Below are positions 49,178 through 61,777 of a stretch of 64,000 nt of DNA, in pieces (position 1 is the first letter of the stretch; every line of letters starts with the position of its first letter). The DNA lies in the NCBI GenBank assembly GCA_965216875.1, contig OZ244207.1:6816001-6880000 (forward strand). Reading direction: 5' to 3'. Source of the DNA: Rubripirellula sp. (GTDB lineage Bacteria; Planctomycetota; Planctomycetia; Pirellulales; Pirellulaceae). The position numbers and the translations under genes are program-made. Below the pieces are notes generated by a model. It was given only the letters and a program-made list of their open reading frames with translations, was not told where the DNA came from and ran no database searches.

Positions 49178-50026
49178 TCACTCGCTGCTGGTTTGTTCGC
49201 GCCATATACCGGGGGCGACGCCGGTTTGCCGTTTGAACTGGCGATAGAAAGTTGACAGGTCGTCAAAGCCGCATTCAAACGCGACGGAAGTGATCGGGAT
49301 CGTTGTGTCGCGGAGTAAGCGTTGCGCGTGGCCGATGCAAAGGCGGCGCACGAACGCGAGCCAAGTTTCGCCGGTGACTTGCCTGAAACGTTGTGTGAAT
49401 TGACGACGCGACATGCCCAGTTGTGACGCGGCATCATCGATCGTGGTTGCTTCGAAAAAATGTGTTCGAAGGTGTTCGACGTAGGTCTCCATCTCGTCGT
49501 CGTGAAGGTCGATATCGGTCGCTGACGCTGAATAGCTTGGCTGTTGAATCAGCACTCCAAGCAATTGAATCGCATCGCCAACCATGGTGATGGGGGTGGC
49601 TGGGCGGCGACGGGTTTGTTCAAACAGAAGTCGGCGAAGATGACGCTGAACACGAGCGGAAAACTGGGGCGATCGTCTGAGTGGGCCGGCCACGATCTGT
49701 GACTTCCAATCGCGGTCAAATCCCAGCAGATTGCTGGACAAGCAGAACACGTAAAGCGACGACGGATCATCGGCGTCATCGATGATGCGGTTTTTGTGGC
49801 GAGGCGGGACGACGATCACATCGTTGGGGGCAAATACGTATTCCTGGTCGCGGATCAGAACTCGACCGCGACCAGACAACGCATAGATCACTTTCACGAA
49901 CGGATGCGTTCGCCACTCCATGGAGAAATCGGGCGCGTGATGGCTCTCCAGAACGAGGACTCCCCAGTCCGGCATCTTTTCCGGAAGTGCGATCGTGGTG
50001 AGCGACGTGTCGGAAACTGCGTTCAA
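49178..50026 (-). CDS. AraC family transcriptional regulator
   Basis: Cupin N-terminus; MSRRQFTQRF, ITSVAFECGFDDLSTFYRQFK..TGVAP. Confidence 0.93.
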   Translation of the reverse strand: MNAVSDTSLTTIALPEKMPDWGVLVLESHHAPDFSMEWRTHPFVKVIYALSGRGRVLIRDQEYVFAPNDVIVVPPRHKNRIIDDADDPSSLYVFCLSSNLLGFDRDWKSQIVAGPLRRSPQFSARVQRHLRRLLFEQTRRRPATPITMVGDAIQLLGVLIQQPSYSASATDIDLHDDEMETYVEHLRTHFFEATTIDDAASQLGMSRRQFTQRFRQVTGETWLAFVRRLCIGHAQRLLRDTTIPITSVAFECGFDDLSTFYRQFKRQTGVAPGIWREQTSSE

Positions 50027-50094
50027 GGGTTCACGTGCCGCGATTCAAGGCTTTGGTACGGGCCTGTGACAATTTCGACCCGAAGGTCGCTCGC

Positions 50095-51357
50095 CTACTT
50101 CGAAAGCGCGAAACAGGCAGCTTCCTCGGTGCTGCGAACATAGACTCTGCCATCGCTATAGGCCGGGGTCGACCAGCACTTTCCTTTGACCGCCTGCGTT
50201 CGTAGTCGCTCGTTGTATCCCTCGGGTGTGGCGTCCGCGACAACAAGTTCGCCTGCATCGGAAAGTACGATCAACTTGTCGCCAACGAGAATGCAGTTAC
50301 CAGGTCCAAAGCCTCGCTCGGTCCATTTGATTTCGCCAGTTGCCATTTCGACGCATTGAAGTGGAGCGCGGCCGTACTTTTTGAATTCAAAGATGCCGTA
50401 AATGTGGCCGTCATGGACAACAGGTGTGCTCCAGTGATTCATCAGCTCGTTCGGTTTGAACCAAACCTCCGAAGCTTCTGGATTGTCGGTTACCTTGAAC
50501 AGTCCGGCGCCGACGCCGTAGCCAGCCGAACAATAGACATGATCACCTTCGCTGATCGGCGAGGCGGCGGTTGAAACGCTAAACGGGAATTCGCTGCGCC
50601 ACAGTTCGGCACCCGTTTCGGCGTTAACTCCAACCAGGCCGGATTGCATGAAGAAGATGATCTGCTGTGACTTGTTGATGGTCGTGACATGAGGCGTCGC
50701 GTGCGTGATCGTGTCGTCGCCACTTTTCCAAATCACGTCACCATTGTTTTTGCGAAAGGCCAGGAAGGACTGCCCTGCACCGCCACCGCCGACGACGACC
50801 ATGTCGCCGATCAACAAAGGCGAGGTGGCGTTAAGCCATTTGATGTTGCGGCCTTCAAAGTCTTGGGCAACGTCTTGCTGCCACACGATGTTGCCGTTGG
50901 AAGCGTCAAGGCAAGAAAGCAACAGATGCGAATCGTAAACGTAAACGTGTTTGCCATCGGTTGATGGTGTCGAACGGGGGCCGTCGCCACCACGATTGTT
51001 CGGTGCACCTGCGTTACCGCCGTCGTGGCCATACTCGCTTTCACCGAAGGGACGACGCCAAATCTCTTCACCGGTCTTGGCGTTCAACGCAATACAGTTC
51101 TCGACTTTCTTGCCATCTTCTTGGACCGAAATCAAAGTAAACGCGCGGCCCTCTGAAATCGAAAAAGAACTGAAGCCTAGAGGTGCAGGTACCTTCCAGA
51201 CCTCGGTTGCACCTTGCGGCCAATCCTGAGTCGAGAGAGTTTCGGTCGATTTTCCGTCACCAACCGGTCCGCGGTATTGCGGCCAATCGTCAGCCGAAGC
51301 CAAAGTGCCGATGGAAATCAGAGACGCAACAAGCAAACCTGATAGTACGCGTTTCAT
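50095..51357 (-). CDS. PQQ-like beta-propeller repeat protein (BamB-like)
   Basis: Signal peptide, DWPQYRGP, ALNAKTGEEIW, GPRSTP, WSTPA repeats. Confidence 0.9.
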   Translation of the reverse strand: MKRVLSGLLVASLISIGTLASADDWPQYRGPVGDGKSTETLSTQDWPQGATEVWKVPAPLGFSSFSISEGRAFTLISVQEDGKKVENCIALNAKTGEEIWRRPFGESEYGHDGGNAGAPNNRGGDGPRSTPSTDGKHVYVYDSHLLLSCLDASNGNIVWQQDVAQDFEGRNIKWLNATSPLLIGDMVVVGGGGAGQSFLAFRKNNGDVIWKSGDDTITHATPHVTTINKSQQIIFFMQSGLVGVNAETGAELWRSEFPFSVSTAASPISEGDHVYCSAGYGVGAGLFKVTDNPEASEVWFKPNELMNHWSTPVVHDGHIYGIFEFKKYGRAPLQCVEMATGEIKWTERGFGPGNCILVGDKLIVLSDAGELVVADATPEGYNERLRTQAVKGKCWSTPAYSDGRVYVRSTEEAACFALSK

Positions 51358-51545
51358 GGTGTTTTTGTGTTCGATTTTGGTTGATGTTTTGGGAGAGGCA
51401 TCGTCGAGTGGTGGCTGTCGCTCCGACGACGAACGTCTGACTACGCTACGATTGTTCACGCGTCGAGTTTAGTTGGTTCGTTGCTGGTTTGGTACGGGAC
51501 TTGGTGGCGCAGAATATGGGCCGCGTGGAATTTGGGCGGAGTGGA

Positions 51546-52583
51546 ATGTTGAAACCGAAGCGATTGCTCGTGTTGATTGTTCTGGCGATCTCTTGTGAAG
51601 TTTTGTGGGCACAAGAGGCGGCTGATCAGCGGTCCGATTTGGTCGGGGCGGTGTTGCGGGTATCGGATTCGATCTCAATCGGACGTGAGTCGAACGAAGA
51701 CGCGTTGGAGTGTTTGCAAGGCTTGGTCTGGAAACCGACCGAATTCGATGCTTTCATCGAGAAACCAACGCGAGCGGACCAGGGTGACTATTGGGTGCGG
51801 TTCCCATCACCCATCGATTCTGGCAACGCCATCAACGATAACGTCGCCCTCGAATGGTACGCAGCCAAGAATGAAGCGGGCGAGATCACACGAGCTCGGG
51901 CCGTGGTGGTCGTCCACGAATCGGGGCGAGGGATGCAGGTCGGCAGGCTCATCGCGCGTGGACTGCGCCAGCACGGTTTGCATGCTTTTATGATTCAACT
52001 TCCTCATTATGGATTGCGAGCCAAGGCGAATGAGCGGCCCAAAAAGTCGGGTGTGATCACGATGATGCAACAAGCGATCGCCGATACGCGTCGGGCTCGT
52101 GATGTCGTCTCGGTGTTACCACATGTCGACAACCGCCATATCGGTTTGCAAGGAACAAGCCTTGGTGGCTTTGTGGCTGCCGATGTGGGCTCGCTCGACT
52201 CGGCCTATGACAGCGTCTTTGTCATGCTGGCCGGGGCCAGGCTTTACGAACTTATCCGCGACGGCAAAAAGGATGCAGCAAACGTGCGTCGCGAGCTAGA
52301 GGACGCAGGGATCGGCGACGAGCAGCTTAAGGCACTCGCATGGACGATCGAGCCAACGCGCATTGCCCATCGACTTGATCCGCAACGCACGTGGTTGTTT
52401 TCAGGAACGTTCGATCAGGTGGTCCCACCGAAGCACGCGTACGCGCTTGCCAAGGCAGCGAAGTTAGACGACAAGCACCACGTTCCCATGTTGGCCAACC
52501 ACTACACCGGCGTCGTCTTTTTGCCCTATGTGCTCGACCAAATTCGAATTCAGGTCACCACGCTCGATGAGCGAGCGCGGTAG
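51546..52583 (+). CDS. Secreted alpha/beta hydrolase
   Basis: Signal peptide, LPHYGLR, GTSLGG, FDQVVP, ANHYT. Confidence 0.85.
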   Translation: MLKPKRLLVLIVLAISCEVLWAQEAADQRSDLVGAVLRVSDSISIGRESNEDALECLQGLVWKPTEFDAFIEKPTRADQGDYWVRFPSPIDSGNAINDNVALEWYAAKNEAGEITRARAVVVVHESGRGMQVGRLIARGLRQHGLHAFMIQLPHYGLRAKANERPKKSGVITMMQQAIADTRRARDVVSVLPHVDNRHIGLQGTSLGGFVAADVGSLDSAYDSVFVMLAGARLYELIRDGKKDAANVRRELEDAGIGDEQLKALAWTIEPTRIAHRLDPQRTWLFSGTFDQVVPPKHAYALAKAAKLDDKHHVPMLANHYTGVVFLPYVLDQIRIQVTTLDERAR

Positions 52584-52604
52584 AACAAGAGTCATGACAC
52601 CTTT

Positions 52605-54068
52605 TTACGGAATGTAATTGAGTGTGTAGTAAGCTTGGGCGTGCAGAAGTGGCAGGTCGCCTTTGGATCGCACGCCGTCACAGTGCAGTTCGTGCACGTG
52701 ACCTTCTTGGAGACCATCGATGTAAAGTCGAACGCTTTTTCCATCGGCACCAACGACCGCTTTGGTGATCGTCGGTTCGGTGTGGTCGACTTCGGGGCTG
52801 CCGTAGGACGATTGATAGATATAGGTGTAGGTCGAGATTTTGTAAGAGGCGATCGCCTCGACCGATTCTTGATTGACGGGTTCCGTAAAGGTCAGCTCGA
52901 AGCCGTCCGATTTGGCTCGCATCTCGTGAATCTCAAACGGTACTTTGCCAGTCCAGTCGACGCGTTCGGCGGCAAAGGGCAAGCGTCCACGTGAGCCCCA
53001 GCCACGATTGGTGCCACCGCAAAACATCTTCCCGTTGGGAGTGATCTCGAGTCCAAGCGATCCGCTGCTAAACCCTTCCAAGAACGGGAAGCACGCACCT
53101 TGGTAATGTCCTTTGACCTTTTCCAAGTAGCAACGCATCACCGTGCTGTAGGATTGGTCGGTCACAAAGAGCTGGTTTTCAAAGGGGCCAAACTTTCCAC
53201 CGGTGGTGTCACACGCCACGCCCGCAGCCGACTTGCCCATTTTGTTGTAGGGAAACAAAACGGCGGGCGGTTCGAAATGTGGCAATCGCTTCGCTTCGGT
53301 CATGACCCGGCTGCCACTCTCGGGCTCGTCCGGTTTCGGACCCATGACTGTTTCTGCAAGCTTGTACCATTCAAAACCACCAGGATGCCCAACGAACTTG
53401 CCTTCGCGAAGATGTTTCAACGCGCACGTTCCGTTCCAAGGACCTTGGTTGTCGGTATAGAAGATGTCGCCGTGATGATTCGCGCCGATACCACCTGGTG
53501 ATCGAACGCCGCTGACCGCAGGGATCATTTCGCCGTCGCTGGTCACTCGCACGCACCATCCACGATAGGGAACGCTACTGCCGAACGAGCCGGTCAAGCA
53601 GAGTACCACCCAGATGTCGCCGTTCTTGTCAAACTTCGATCCGAAGGCGTACTCGTGATAGTCGCCGGAAATCTCCCATCCGTCGTTGACGATTTCAAAT
53701 TCGTCAGCGACACCATCGCCATCCGTGTCACGAATCCGAGAAACGTCCGACCGTTGGGTGAGGTACAGCCAACCGTCTTTTTCGGCCATGGTCAACGGTT
53801 CGTGCAGACCATGTGCAAAACGCTTGAACTGTGAAGCTTTGATCTCTTTTGCGAACGGATCGCTGATCATCCAAACTTCACCCCGACGCGAGCAAACCGC
53901 CATCTTTCCATCGGGCATCAACTGAAAGGCACTCGCTTCAAGCACGACGCCTTCAGGGATTTCCATTTTCGTGATGGGGTAGTAATCGGCTTCGGTCGGC
54001 GCATCTTGGCTATACGCAGCACTCGCCAAGAGCAGGGACGCAACAGAAAGGAAGCGAATCATGTTCAT
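52605..54068 (-). CDS. Secreted PVC-type beta-propeller (sorbosone-dehydrogenase-like) protein
   Basis: Signal peptide, [47 protein letters not shown]. Confidence 0.8.
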   Translation of the reverse strand: MNMIRFLSVASLLLASAAYSQDAPTEADYYPITKMEIPEGVVLEASAFQLMPDGKMAVCSRRGEVWMISDPFAKEIKASQFKRFAHGLHEPLTMAEKDGWLYLTQRSDVSRIRDTDGDGVADEFEIVNDGWEISGDYHEYAFGSKFDKNGDIWVVLCLTGSFGSSVPYRGWCVRVTSDGEMIPAVSGVRSPGGIGANHHGDIFYTDNQGPWNGTCALKHLREGKFVGHPGGFEWYKLAETVMGPKPDEPESGSRVMTEAKRLPHFEPPAVLFPYNKMGKSAAGVACDTTGGKFGPFENQLFVTDQSYSTVMRCYLEKVKGHYQGACFPFLEGFSSGSLGLEITPNGKMFCGGTNRGWGSRGRLPFAAERVDWTGKVPFEIHEMRAKSDGFELTFTEPVNQESVEAIASYKISTYTYIYQSSYGSPEVDHTEPTITKAVVGADGKSVRLYIDGLQEGHVHELHCDGVRSKGDLPLLHAQAYYTLNYIP

Positions 54069-54133
54069 CAAGACAGGTGTCAGTGAGATGGGTTGGGTGG
54101 AATGGGGATACGGGCAAATCAAGTCGATCGTCA

Positions 54134-57100
54134 TTACCAGTTGATCGATTGCGTCACCGTCGTTGGTCCGCTCACGGGAATCAAGACTTCCGTTTTTCCG
54201 TTGGACTGGCGAACGATCGGAGCTTCGGCTGATTCAACGCCGATCTGAATCGCACCATCGAGTTCAAAGGTGTTTTCCGATTTAGCTTCGACGTTTCCAG
54301 CAGCGACGCGTACGAAGACTTGTCCTGCGGGATCCGAGCCTTCGATGGGTGTGATGGTGAGCGAACGTTTGAACGTTCCGACCAACCCGTTGTTGTTCAC
54401 CGGGATCGGAGTGTCTTCGACGTGGAACGAGCCCGCGCGATAGCGGAACGTGGGGCGACCGAGTTTGTCCAAGCGATAACCCAAGAACTTGTAGCCAAGC
54501 TCTTTCGGGGAATCGGTTGGCCAAGGCTCATCAGCATCACCAAGGACTGCAACGGGCACGGTCGTTTCAAACTTTGCGACGCTGCCACCGAGAGGCACCT
54601 GTTTGCCAGGACCGCGGCCGACCCAGTGCTTCGATGCGTCGATGAACCGATCTTGCCAGATCACGGTCAATGCGAGCGTGTTGGCATCCCAGCAAAGGTT
54701 GGCTTTTTCGGGGTAGCCAACCGCAATACCTCGTGGCGATGCACCTTCGATGAAGTTGCGATAGATGACCGGTTTGTCATCGGGTTTGAGTTCGATCATG
54801 CCACCGACGATTCCTTCGGGGACGCCGCCACCGGTTCCCTTGGCCAAATAGGCCCACATCGATGCCAATTGCTTGTCTTTGTCACCGCCGTAGATATCCA
54901 TGACGGTACTTTTGCCTTCCGGAAAACCGTTGGGCATTCGCGTGCCGGGCCGGTATTTCTGTGGGTTGGGCAAATAGCGGTGGAACCAATCTTTGCGGAT
55001 CCTTGCTGCCATTGTGTCGAGCGCGATCGCTTGGATGCCGGTCGACTTGAACTTTCCAAAGGTGTGGCAACTGACGCAGGCGAGTCCCTTACTGCCAACC
55101 ATTTTTCGGCCCGTTGAAACGATCCGGTTTTCCGGTTCATCCAGTTCGGCATACTTTGCTTCATTGATCGAATCGAGTTTCGCAAAGGTCGAAACAATCG
55201 ATTCCGCAGAAGATCCAAACCGGGGCATAAACGTTTTCATGTAGGGACGACTCTTGTCGCCATCTCGCACGACCTTCTTCATCCAGTCTTCGCGAAGTTT
55301 GTCGCCCACGCCATCGAGCGACGGTGGCAACCGTCCTTCATCGCCCATTTCTGGAATCGTACTGATGAACAGTGCGTTGCGGTCTGACTCGGGACCACCG
55401 ATTCCATCACGGCCGTGACAGGCATAACAGTTCATCGCTGTCATCGAGTGGGACAGGGTCATGTCGGCGGTTGGTTGGCCCTTTGGCGAACCAGCTTTGA
55501 CAGCGGCAGCAAGTGCGGCGGACTGAGTGTCGAGTAGCTCGAAATTGGGCACGCCCGGTTTGGGCTCGCCACCCAAACAACCACCTTCGTCGCAATCGGC
55601 AAGCGAAGGAGCCGTGATCGCTGATTCGATGCGTTTACCGTTTTCGTGACGCTCGTGGCAAGATGCACAACCGAGCGAGCGAAACAGTTGACGCCCTGTT
55701 TCAACGAGTGCTGGGTTGAAGGCGAACACATCAGGGTCCACCTCTTCCGATGCGGCGACCTCTTTCAGGTCAGCAGCGTTGCGATCAAGCAGGATGGCTT
55801 TGTCGATCCCGCCCGATTTGAGTCCCGGGCCGGCCCAGTTGACTCGCAGGTCTTCGCCACCGCCCGCTTCGAAGTATTCAACGCGGATTGTGTGCACGCC
55901 TGGTGTCAGCCGAATGCTACCCTCGGCTGTTTCGCTGCCGTGGATGCCATCGTTGTTGACGACCATCTTGCCATCGATGTAGAGCCTACTTCCGTCGTCC
56001 GAAATGGTTTGGAAGGAATATTTGCCTGCTTGTTCGATGGGCAGGAAGCCGTCGAACCGCACGCCAAAGTTGTCATTCAATCCGGCAACGTTGATATCGA
56101 GTCCCTTGGCAACACCTGTTTTTGTCGGAGCCAGTTTGTCGAAATCGGGAAGCTTGCTCCAACCGCCTTCGTATACAGCGAATTTGACGTTGGGTGTCTT
56201 TGGCATTTCGCGATTACCACCCGCGAAGCCAACGGCGGTGTCGCCAGTCAAGTATTGTGCGACGTCAGCCCAGCCGTTGTCGCCAAGATCCAAGTGCGGC
56301 ATTCGTCCCGAGGGGCGAACGGCGAGCGGGTCTTTGAGAAACGCTTCCAAGCTGCCACGCGTGTACTTTTCGTCCAAGCCAACCAGCGGAATCGAAGTGG
56401 CTGGGTTCACCTTGGTTCCGTTTCGTGGCATGTGACACGCAACGCAGCCTGATTGATGGAAAAGGGTTTCGCCCTTCTTGCTGTCGGCTCGTTTGCCGCC
56501 AATCAGGATCGCATCGGTACCGACCAAAAAGTTTGTCAATGCGATTGCGGCGGACTTGCGCTCGCTTTCGTTCATCGAGCCCAAGACATCGGGCATCGTC
56601 GTGCCCGGTTTGACAGCTCGCGGGTTTGCAAGGTAGTTGATCATCCATTCGGCGTGCACGCGTTTGCCAACACCGTCCAAGATGGGAGCTTGTTTGGGTG
56701 ACGCGAGTGCGACCAGAGTTTCGTCAGCGGAATGGCAGGCAACGCAATTGAGTTCGCCAAGCAGGACTCGCCCGCCTTCGACCGACGCGGAACCGGAAGC
56801 GTGGAATCGTTCAAAGCCAGGAACGATGGGTCGGCGTGCTTCGGCGGCGAGATCACGCGGCTTGACCCAGATGTTTCGAAAGCGAACGGGGTTGCCGTGG
56901 TTTTGAAGGTAGATCGGACCGTCTTCGGGGCCTTCTTTGACCGGAGCGGCCCGTGTGCCACGTGGAAGTTCCACATCGCGATGGACGTAGACGCCATTGA
57001 GGCGAACGCTGATGACCGCGTTGGATGTTTTCTTTCCGTTTTCGTCATAGCGCGCGGCGGTAAAGTCAACGTCGTAAGTTTGCCACGAAAGCGGCGGGAA

Positions 57101-57757
57101 GCACATGTTCAGATCGGGATCGCGAATCTCGTAAATCCCACCTGTTTCGTTGTTCTTCCCTGCGAGTCCGAATGAATCAAGGATTTGTGTTTCATATCGG
57201 CCTTGATGGTACAGGCCACTGTTGCCTCGTTTTTGGCCTTTGTCCGAGGGTTGAAACGGTGTTCGGAATTCCAAGTGCAGTGTGTAGTCACCAAAGGTGT
57301 CGATGCTGGTGCAGCCTTCTTGCAACAGACCATCTTCGGTGATGCGTGCACCCTTCTTCCAATGCTTTGCAAGCGACTCTTTGGTCCCATCAAACAGCAC
57401 CACTGCACCGAGTGGCGGTTTGGCACCGAGTGTTGGGCTCTTGCGTTCGACCTTCTCGAACTTTGAGATCATCGCTTCGGCAGTAACGTCATCGACCTCA
57501 AGCGTCTTGATCGCTGTGCCATCCCAGCCGTCGCCTGGTAGGCCTCCGTTGTAGATCTTGACGGTGAACTCGCCGTCGCCATCGGCGATGACTTGCATCG
57601 CGCGTTGGCTTTCGACGTATTCGCCTTGCAGTTCAAAGTCAAAGTCGTCTTCGGCTGCCTTGGGGCTGTCGTAAACCTGGGCATTTGTCGATGACCCAAT
57701 GATGGTCATTGCCAAAAAAAGAGCGAAGCCCGAGCGCAACGAGAATGCAGTACGCAT
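54134..57757 (-). CDS. Multidomain periplasmic protein: DUF1080 + five c-type heme motifs + PA14
   Basis: DUF1080 [56 protein letters not shown]14 SDDGSRL..NNDGIH. Confidence 0.88.
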   Translation of the reverse strand: MRTAFSLRSGFALFLAMTIIGSSTNAQVYDSPKAAEDDFDFELQGEYVESQRAMQVIADGDGEFTVKIYNGGLPGDGWDGTAIKTLEVDDVTAEAMISKFEKVERKSPTLGAKPPLGAVVLFDGTKESLAKHWKKGARITEDGLLQEGCTSIDTFGDYTLHLEFRTPFQPSDKGQKRGNSGLYHQGRYETQILDSFGLAGKNNETGGIYEIRDPDLNMCFPPLSWQTYDVDFTAARYDENGKKTSNAVISVRLNGVYVHRDVELPRGTRAAPVKEGPEDGPIYLQNHGNPVRFRNIWVKPRDLAAEARRPIVPGFERFHASGSASVEGGRVLLGELNCVACHSADETLVALASPKQAPILDGVGKRVHAEWMINYLANPRAVKPGTTMPDVLGSMNESERKSAAIALTNFLVGTDAILIGGKRADSKKGETLFHQSGCVACHMPRNGTKVNPATSIPLVGLDEKYTRGSLEAFLKDPLAVRPSGRMPHLDLGDNGWADVAQYLTGDTAVGFAGGNREMPKTPNVKFAVYEGGWSKLPDFDKLAPTKTGVAKGLDINVAGLNDNFGVRFDGFLPIEQAGKYSFQTISDDGSRLYIDGKMVVNNDGIHGSETAEGSIRLTPGVHTIRVEYFEAGGGEDLRVNWAGPGLKSGGIDKAILLDRNAADLKEVAASEEVDPDVFAFNPALVETGRQLFRSLGCASCHERHENGKRIESAITAPSLADCDEGGCLGGEPKPGVPNFELLDTQSAALAAAVKAGSPKGQPTADMTLSHSMTAMNCYACHGRDGIGGPESDRNALFISTIPEMGDEGRLPPSLDGVGDKLREDWMKKVVRDGDKSRPYMKTFMPRFGSSAESIVSTFAKLDSINEAKYAELDEPENRIVSTGRKMVGSKGLACVSCHTFGKFKSTGIQAIALDTMAARIRKDWFHRYLPNPQKYRPGTRMPNGFPEGKSTVMDIYGGDKDKQLASMWAYLAKGTGGGVPEGIVGGMIELKPDDKPVIYRNFIEGASPRGIAVGYPEKANLCWDANTLALTVIWQDRFIDASKHWVGRGPGKQVPLGGSVAKFETTVPVAVLGDADEPWPTDSPKELGYKFLGYRLDKLGRPTFRYRAGSFHVEDTPIPVNNNGLVGTFKRSLTITPIEGSDPAGQVFVRVAAGNVEAKSENTFELDGAIQIGVESAEAPIVRQSNGKTEVLIPVSGPTTVTQSINW

Positions 57758-58285
57758 GGAGAGTGTTTGATCCGAATCAGTTTGTGCGTGACCAGAAATG
57801 AAACGACGCTATCGCGACGTTCATCATCCGTGGGCTATCGACGCCAACGCAGGACCAGACTTGATGTGTTTGAAAGCGGTTACACGAACCATCCGAAACA
57901 AACGACATCTACAACGTGGGGCATGCGCAGTCGTCAATAGGCAGGGGCTGAATGTCCTGCGGTTGCTTGAAGGGGGGCACCAGCATCGGCTGGTGTTGGT
58001 CGCTACCTGCATTTTCGAGGTAGCTTGAAACCAGCAACCACCATCTCAGCAGTGACCATTGTATTCAGAACTCGAAAAATGTGCACAGCGGCCGATGCGG
58101 CTTCCCGAGTCTGAACATGGAATCCCCCCGGTTGGTGCCAGGATGCAGCCGGTTTTTGGGTTGGGCCCGTTTCGCAGTCCAGTTTGTAATCCCCGGCTTT
58201 CGCCGGAATCTTCAGCTTCCATCGCCCCCAAGGCGGTGCGAGAATCGGTCGACCGACTACATCGGGGCATATTGGGACTATTGCG

Positions 58286-58330
58286 CTGGGACCCAATGAA
58301 CTGGGTCCCAATGAACTGGGTCCTACTGCA
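58286..58330. repeat. 15-bp tandem repeat x3 overlapping the cls stop codon
   Basis: ctgggacccaatgaa / ctgggtcccaatgaa / ctgggtcctactgca. Confidence 0.8.
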
Positions 58331-59813
58331 CTGGGGCCAACAGCCTCGAGACGCGAACGAGGAACCGGAACGGTAGGGCGCGTTTGGTGTATTCGGTTTG
58401 CGAGGCGAGTTTGCTGTTTGCAAAATCGTCGATCAGCATCTTTTCGACGTCGCGGGCGATCTCCCGCCCCATCAGCAACATGGTGATCTCGAAATTCAAT
58501 CGCATCGATCGATTGTCGAGGTTGGCCGTTCCAACCGCAGCGATATCGTCGTCGACAAGAAAGACTTTTTGGTGAAGGAACCCAGGTTGGTACCGATAGA
58601 TTTTGATGCCCGCCTCTTCGGCTTCTTCGAAGTACGACATTGATGATAGATAGACCATGATTTGGTCCGGGTTCTGAGGAATCAAGATTCGCACGTCGAC
58701 ACCACGCAAAGCAGCAAGCTGCAACGCCGACATCAACTGTTCGTCTGGAACAAAATAGGGGCTGACGATCCACAGACGTTTTTCGGCTGAATTGATTGCG
58801 TGCAGAAAGAAGAGCGTGCCGGTTTCGAGTTTGTCGGCTGGACCAGTGGGGATGCAGGCCGCGGCCGTCTTTCCGCCTTCGACCCCTTCGGGATCCCAGT
58901 CCAACTTGGGTGTTTCGCCCGTGGCCCAAATCCAATCTTCTAAAAAAGGAACCTGGATGCACTGGACGACGGGACCGCTCAATTGCACGTGCGTGTCGCG
59001 CCAAGGCGTGAGCGTTGGATGCTTGTGCACGTATTCATCGCCAACGTTGTGCCCGCCGACATAGGCCGTGTGTCCATCGACAACGACGATTTTGCGATGG
59101 TTGCGAAAGTTCAAGCGAAAGCGATTACCGTCACCTTGTGTTGTGTTGAATGGAGCGATTTGTGCGCCCGCGTCGCGCAGCTCTTGGGAGTATTTTTCTG
59201 AGAGGTCCTTGCTGCCGAGTTCGTCGTACAACACGTACACTCGCACACCATTGTTCGCTCGCTCGATCAAAGCGTCTTTGAGTTGTTGTCCGAGGTCGTC
59301 ATCGCGAAGGATATAGAACTGAACCAAAATGTAATCTTTGGCTTCGGCGATGCCTTCAAAGATTGCCTTGAACGTGTCTTCGCCGTCGATCAGAAGTTTG
59401 GCATCGTTCGCGGTTGTGATTGGCAACCGACTGATGTTGTCCAGCAGCATCGCGTGACGTTCTTGTGCTGGTGTTTCTGGAATCAGCAACAGTTCATCGT
59501 CTTCAAGCTTTTGTTTGGCTCGCTGCGCCGTTTCATTGCCGGCAATGAACTCGGTGTGACGCAATAACTCGTATCCATCGAACCGCGATTGACCAAACAC
59601 CCAATACGCTGGGACCGCAACGTAGGGGAATGTGTTCAAGCTAATGGCCCAAGCAATCGCGCCCTGTGACGTCCGCGTTGACATGACGGCGCGAACTGAG
59701 GTGATCGCCCCCAGCAGATGCATGATCAATACGAAGACAACGGCTAGTCTGCGGCGCCGACTCCCTTTGACGGGGGTTGCTTCATCGTCGGTTTCCGACT
59801 TTTTGCGAGGCAT
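58323..59813 (-). CDS. cls: Cardiolipin synthase
   Basis: Two N-terminal TM helices, two HKD motifs NHRKIVVVDG and HQKVFLVDD, GTANLDNRS. Confidence 0.95.
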   Translation of the reverse strand: MPRKKSETDDEATPVKGSRRRRLAVVFVLIMHLLGAITSVRAVMSTRTSQGAIAWAISLNTFPYVAVPAYWVFGQSRFDGYELLRHTEFIAGNETAQRAKQKLEDDELLLIPETPAQERHAMLLDNISRLPITTANDAKLLIDGEDTFKAIFEGIAEAKDYILVQFYILRDDDLGQQLKDALIERANNGVRVYVLYDELGSKDLSEKYSQELRDAGAQIAPFNTTQGDGNRFRLNFRNHRKIVVVDGHTAYVGGHNVGDEYVHKHPTLTPWRDTHVQLSGPVVQCIQVPFLEDWIWATGETPKLDWDPEGVEGGKTAAACIPTGPADKLETGTLFFLHAINSAEKRLWIVSPYFVPDEQLMSALQLAALRGVDVRILIPQNPDQIMVYLSSMSYFEEAEEAGIKIYRYQPGFLHQKVFLVDDDIAAVGTANLDNRSMRLNFEITMLLMGREIARDVEKMLIDDFANSKLASQTEYTKRALPFRFLVRVSRLLAPVQ

Positions 59814-59842
59814 GAAGAACCACCACATAACGTTATGCTCGA

Positions 59843-60943
59843 CTATTTGGCGAGTTTTCGGAGCACCCACTCAAGGGGACCGAATCGGAATCGTTTTCGG
59901 TACAGCCACGACGTGACGACCATCGAGAGAGCGAAAGCGATCGACACAGCCAACGAGACGCTGGTGGGATAGTTGGCCTGTGTTTCCGTTGCGACGGCGA
60001 TGGCGATCACAATCACGATGTGACCAATGTACCACGTGAACGCAAGTTGCCCGGCATTTGCCAATGGTACGAACCACTTGCCTTTCGCCGCGTCGCAGCA
60101 ACCAATGCAAGTCATGACGATGGTCGTTGCCAAGCCAGAGGCCGAGATCAGAAACAGTGGCATACTCGGAAACGAATCGGTCCCGAACAAGGCTTGCAGG
60201 TCATCAATGTCTGCCTGGGATTCCGCCAGAGGCAACGTTGCCTGAAGCAGACCGAAGGAGACCAATTCGGCTCCGGCCCAGGCGGCGAGTCCACCGAGGA
60301 TGTATCGGCGACGAACGATCGGGTCTTGTAGGTTGCTGCGACCGATCACCATCCCAAGCAAGAAGACTCCGAGCCAAGGAAAGACGCTGCGGAAGCCGTT
60401 GTAGAACAGATTCAAAAGGGCGCCCTGCGTGGTCCATAAGTTCTCATACTCGAGCGTTGCAAAGTCGATGTTGGTGCCAAAATCGATCGTCGCAACCAAC
60501 ACCAAAAAGACCGCAACGGCACTGATCGCACCGACGAGCAACCTGCGAGTACCGGAAAGGATGACAAAGGACGCGACGATGTAGGCAATGCCATAGACAC
60601 GCAAGATATCGCCGGTCCAAACGATCAGGTTCAGATAGCCGACGATGAAAAAGAAGACCCCACGTCGAAACAGCGACTTGCGAACTTCCTCAATACTCCG
60701 CGACGCTCCGGGACGAACTCGCAACGAGACGCCGATGCCCGCAAGCAGCATGAAGATCATGGCTGGGCGACCGCCTAGTTTTTCGAACCCGGTCGCCAGC
60801 AGTGAGTTGTCGACAAATCCCATCGACAACACGACTTGGAAATGTACGGCCGCCATTCCGGCGATGGCAATCGCGCGGGCAACATCGAGACCAACAATGC
60901 GATGGTTGGCCGATTGGGACTCGGGTGGATCAGTTGGGTTCAA
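59843..60943 (-). CDS. DUF418 (YeiB-like) membrane protein
   Basis: [30 protein letters not shown]. Confidence 0.88.
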   Translation of the reverse strand: MNPTDPPESQSANHRIVGLDVARAIAIAGMAAVHFQVVLSMGFVDNSLLATGFEKLGGRPAMIFMLLAGIGVSLRVRPGASRSIEEVRKSLFRRGVFFFIVGYLNLIVWTGDILRVYGIAYIVASFVILSGTRRLLVGAISAVAVFLVLVATIDFGTNIDFATLEYENLWTTQGALLNLFYNGFRSVFPWLGVFLLGMVIGRSNLQDPIVRRRYILGGLAAWAGAELVSFGLLQATLPLAESQADIDDLQALFGTDSFPSMPLFLISASGLATTIVMTCIGCCDAAKGKWFVPLANAGQLAFTWYIGHIVIVIAIAVATETQANYPTSVSLAVSIAFALSMVVTSWLYRKRFRFGPLEWVLRKLAK

Positions 60944-61767
60944 CGGCGGATCTTTGTGAAGGCTTCGACTTGAGCTTTGAGGGCGATCTCGGTTGGCAAT
61001 CGTTCCATCGAACTGGCACCATAGAACCCGTCGATCGTGTCAACATGTTTCATCATGAAGTCGGCATCTTCGGGCATTGCGATCGGGCCACCGTGGCAAA
61101 GGACGATCACGTCGTCACGAACCTTTCTAGCGGCTTCGGCGATCGCGCCAACTTCGCGAACGCAGTCGTCAAGTGTTTTTGCCGTCGACGCGCCAATGGA
61201 ACCGCTGGTGGTTAGCCCCATGTGGGCAACGATGATGTCTGCGCCGGCCGATGTCAGTTCGATCGCCTGTTTGGGATCGAATGCATAGGGAGTGGTCAGC
61301 ATGTCAAGGTCGTGTGCTGCAGCGATGCATTGGACCTCCAGGTCGAATCCCATTCCCGTTTCTTCCAGCCCGATTCGAAACGATCCATCGATAAGGCCGA
61401 CGGTGGGGAAGTTTTGAATGCCAGCGAAACCGAGTTCTTTGAGTTCCTTCAAGAATGCATCTCGCAACATGAAGGGATCGGTTCCGCAGACACCAGCAAG
61501 CACTGGTGTGTGTTCGACCGCCGTGATGACTTCGCGCGCCATTTCTTTGACGATCTCGTTGGCGTTACCGTAGGGCATCAGACCGGCGAGCGATCCGCGA
61601 CCAGCCATGCGATAGCGGCCTGAGTTGTAAATAACAATCAAGTCGATGCCGCCAGCCTCTTCGCACTTGGCGCTAATGCCCGTGCCCGCTCCGCCGCCGA
61701 TGATCGGCAGTCCCTGTGCGATTTGGTCGTGTAGTCGAGCCAAAATGTCTTGACGTGATTCAGCCAT
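60940..61767 (-). CDS. TIM-barrel signal transduction / PEP hydrolase-like family protein
   Basis: [56 protein letters not shown]. Confidence 0.92.
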   Translation of the reverse strand: MAESRQDILARLHDQIAQGLPIIGGGAGTGISAKCEEAGGIDLIVIYNSGRYRMAGRGSLAGLMPYGNANEIVKEMAREVITAVEHTPVLAGVCGTDPFMLRDAFLKELKELGFAGIQNFPTVGLIDGSFRIGLEETGMGFDLEVQCIAAAHDLDMLTTPYAFDPKQAIELTSAGADIIVAHMGLTTSGSIGASTAKTLDDCVREVGAIAEAARKVRDDVIVLCHGGPIAMPEDADFMMKHVDTIDGFYGASSMERLPTEIALKAQVEAFTKIRR

Positions 61768-61777
61768 GTGTCTGCAT

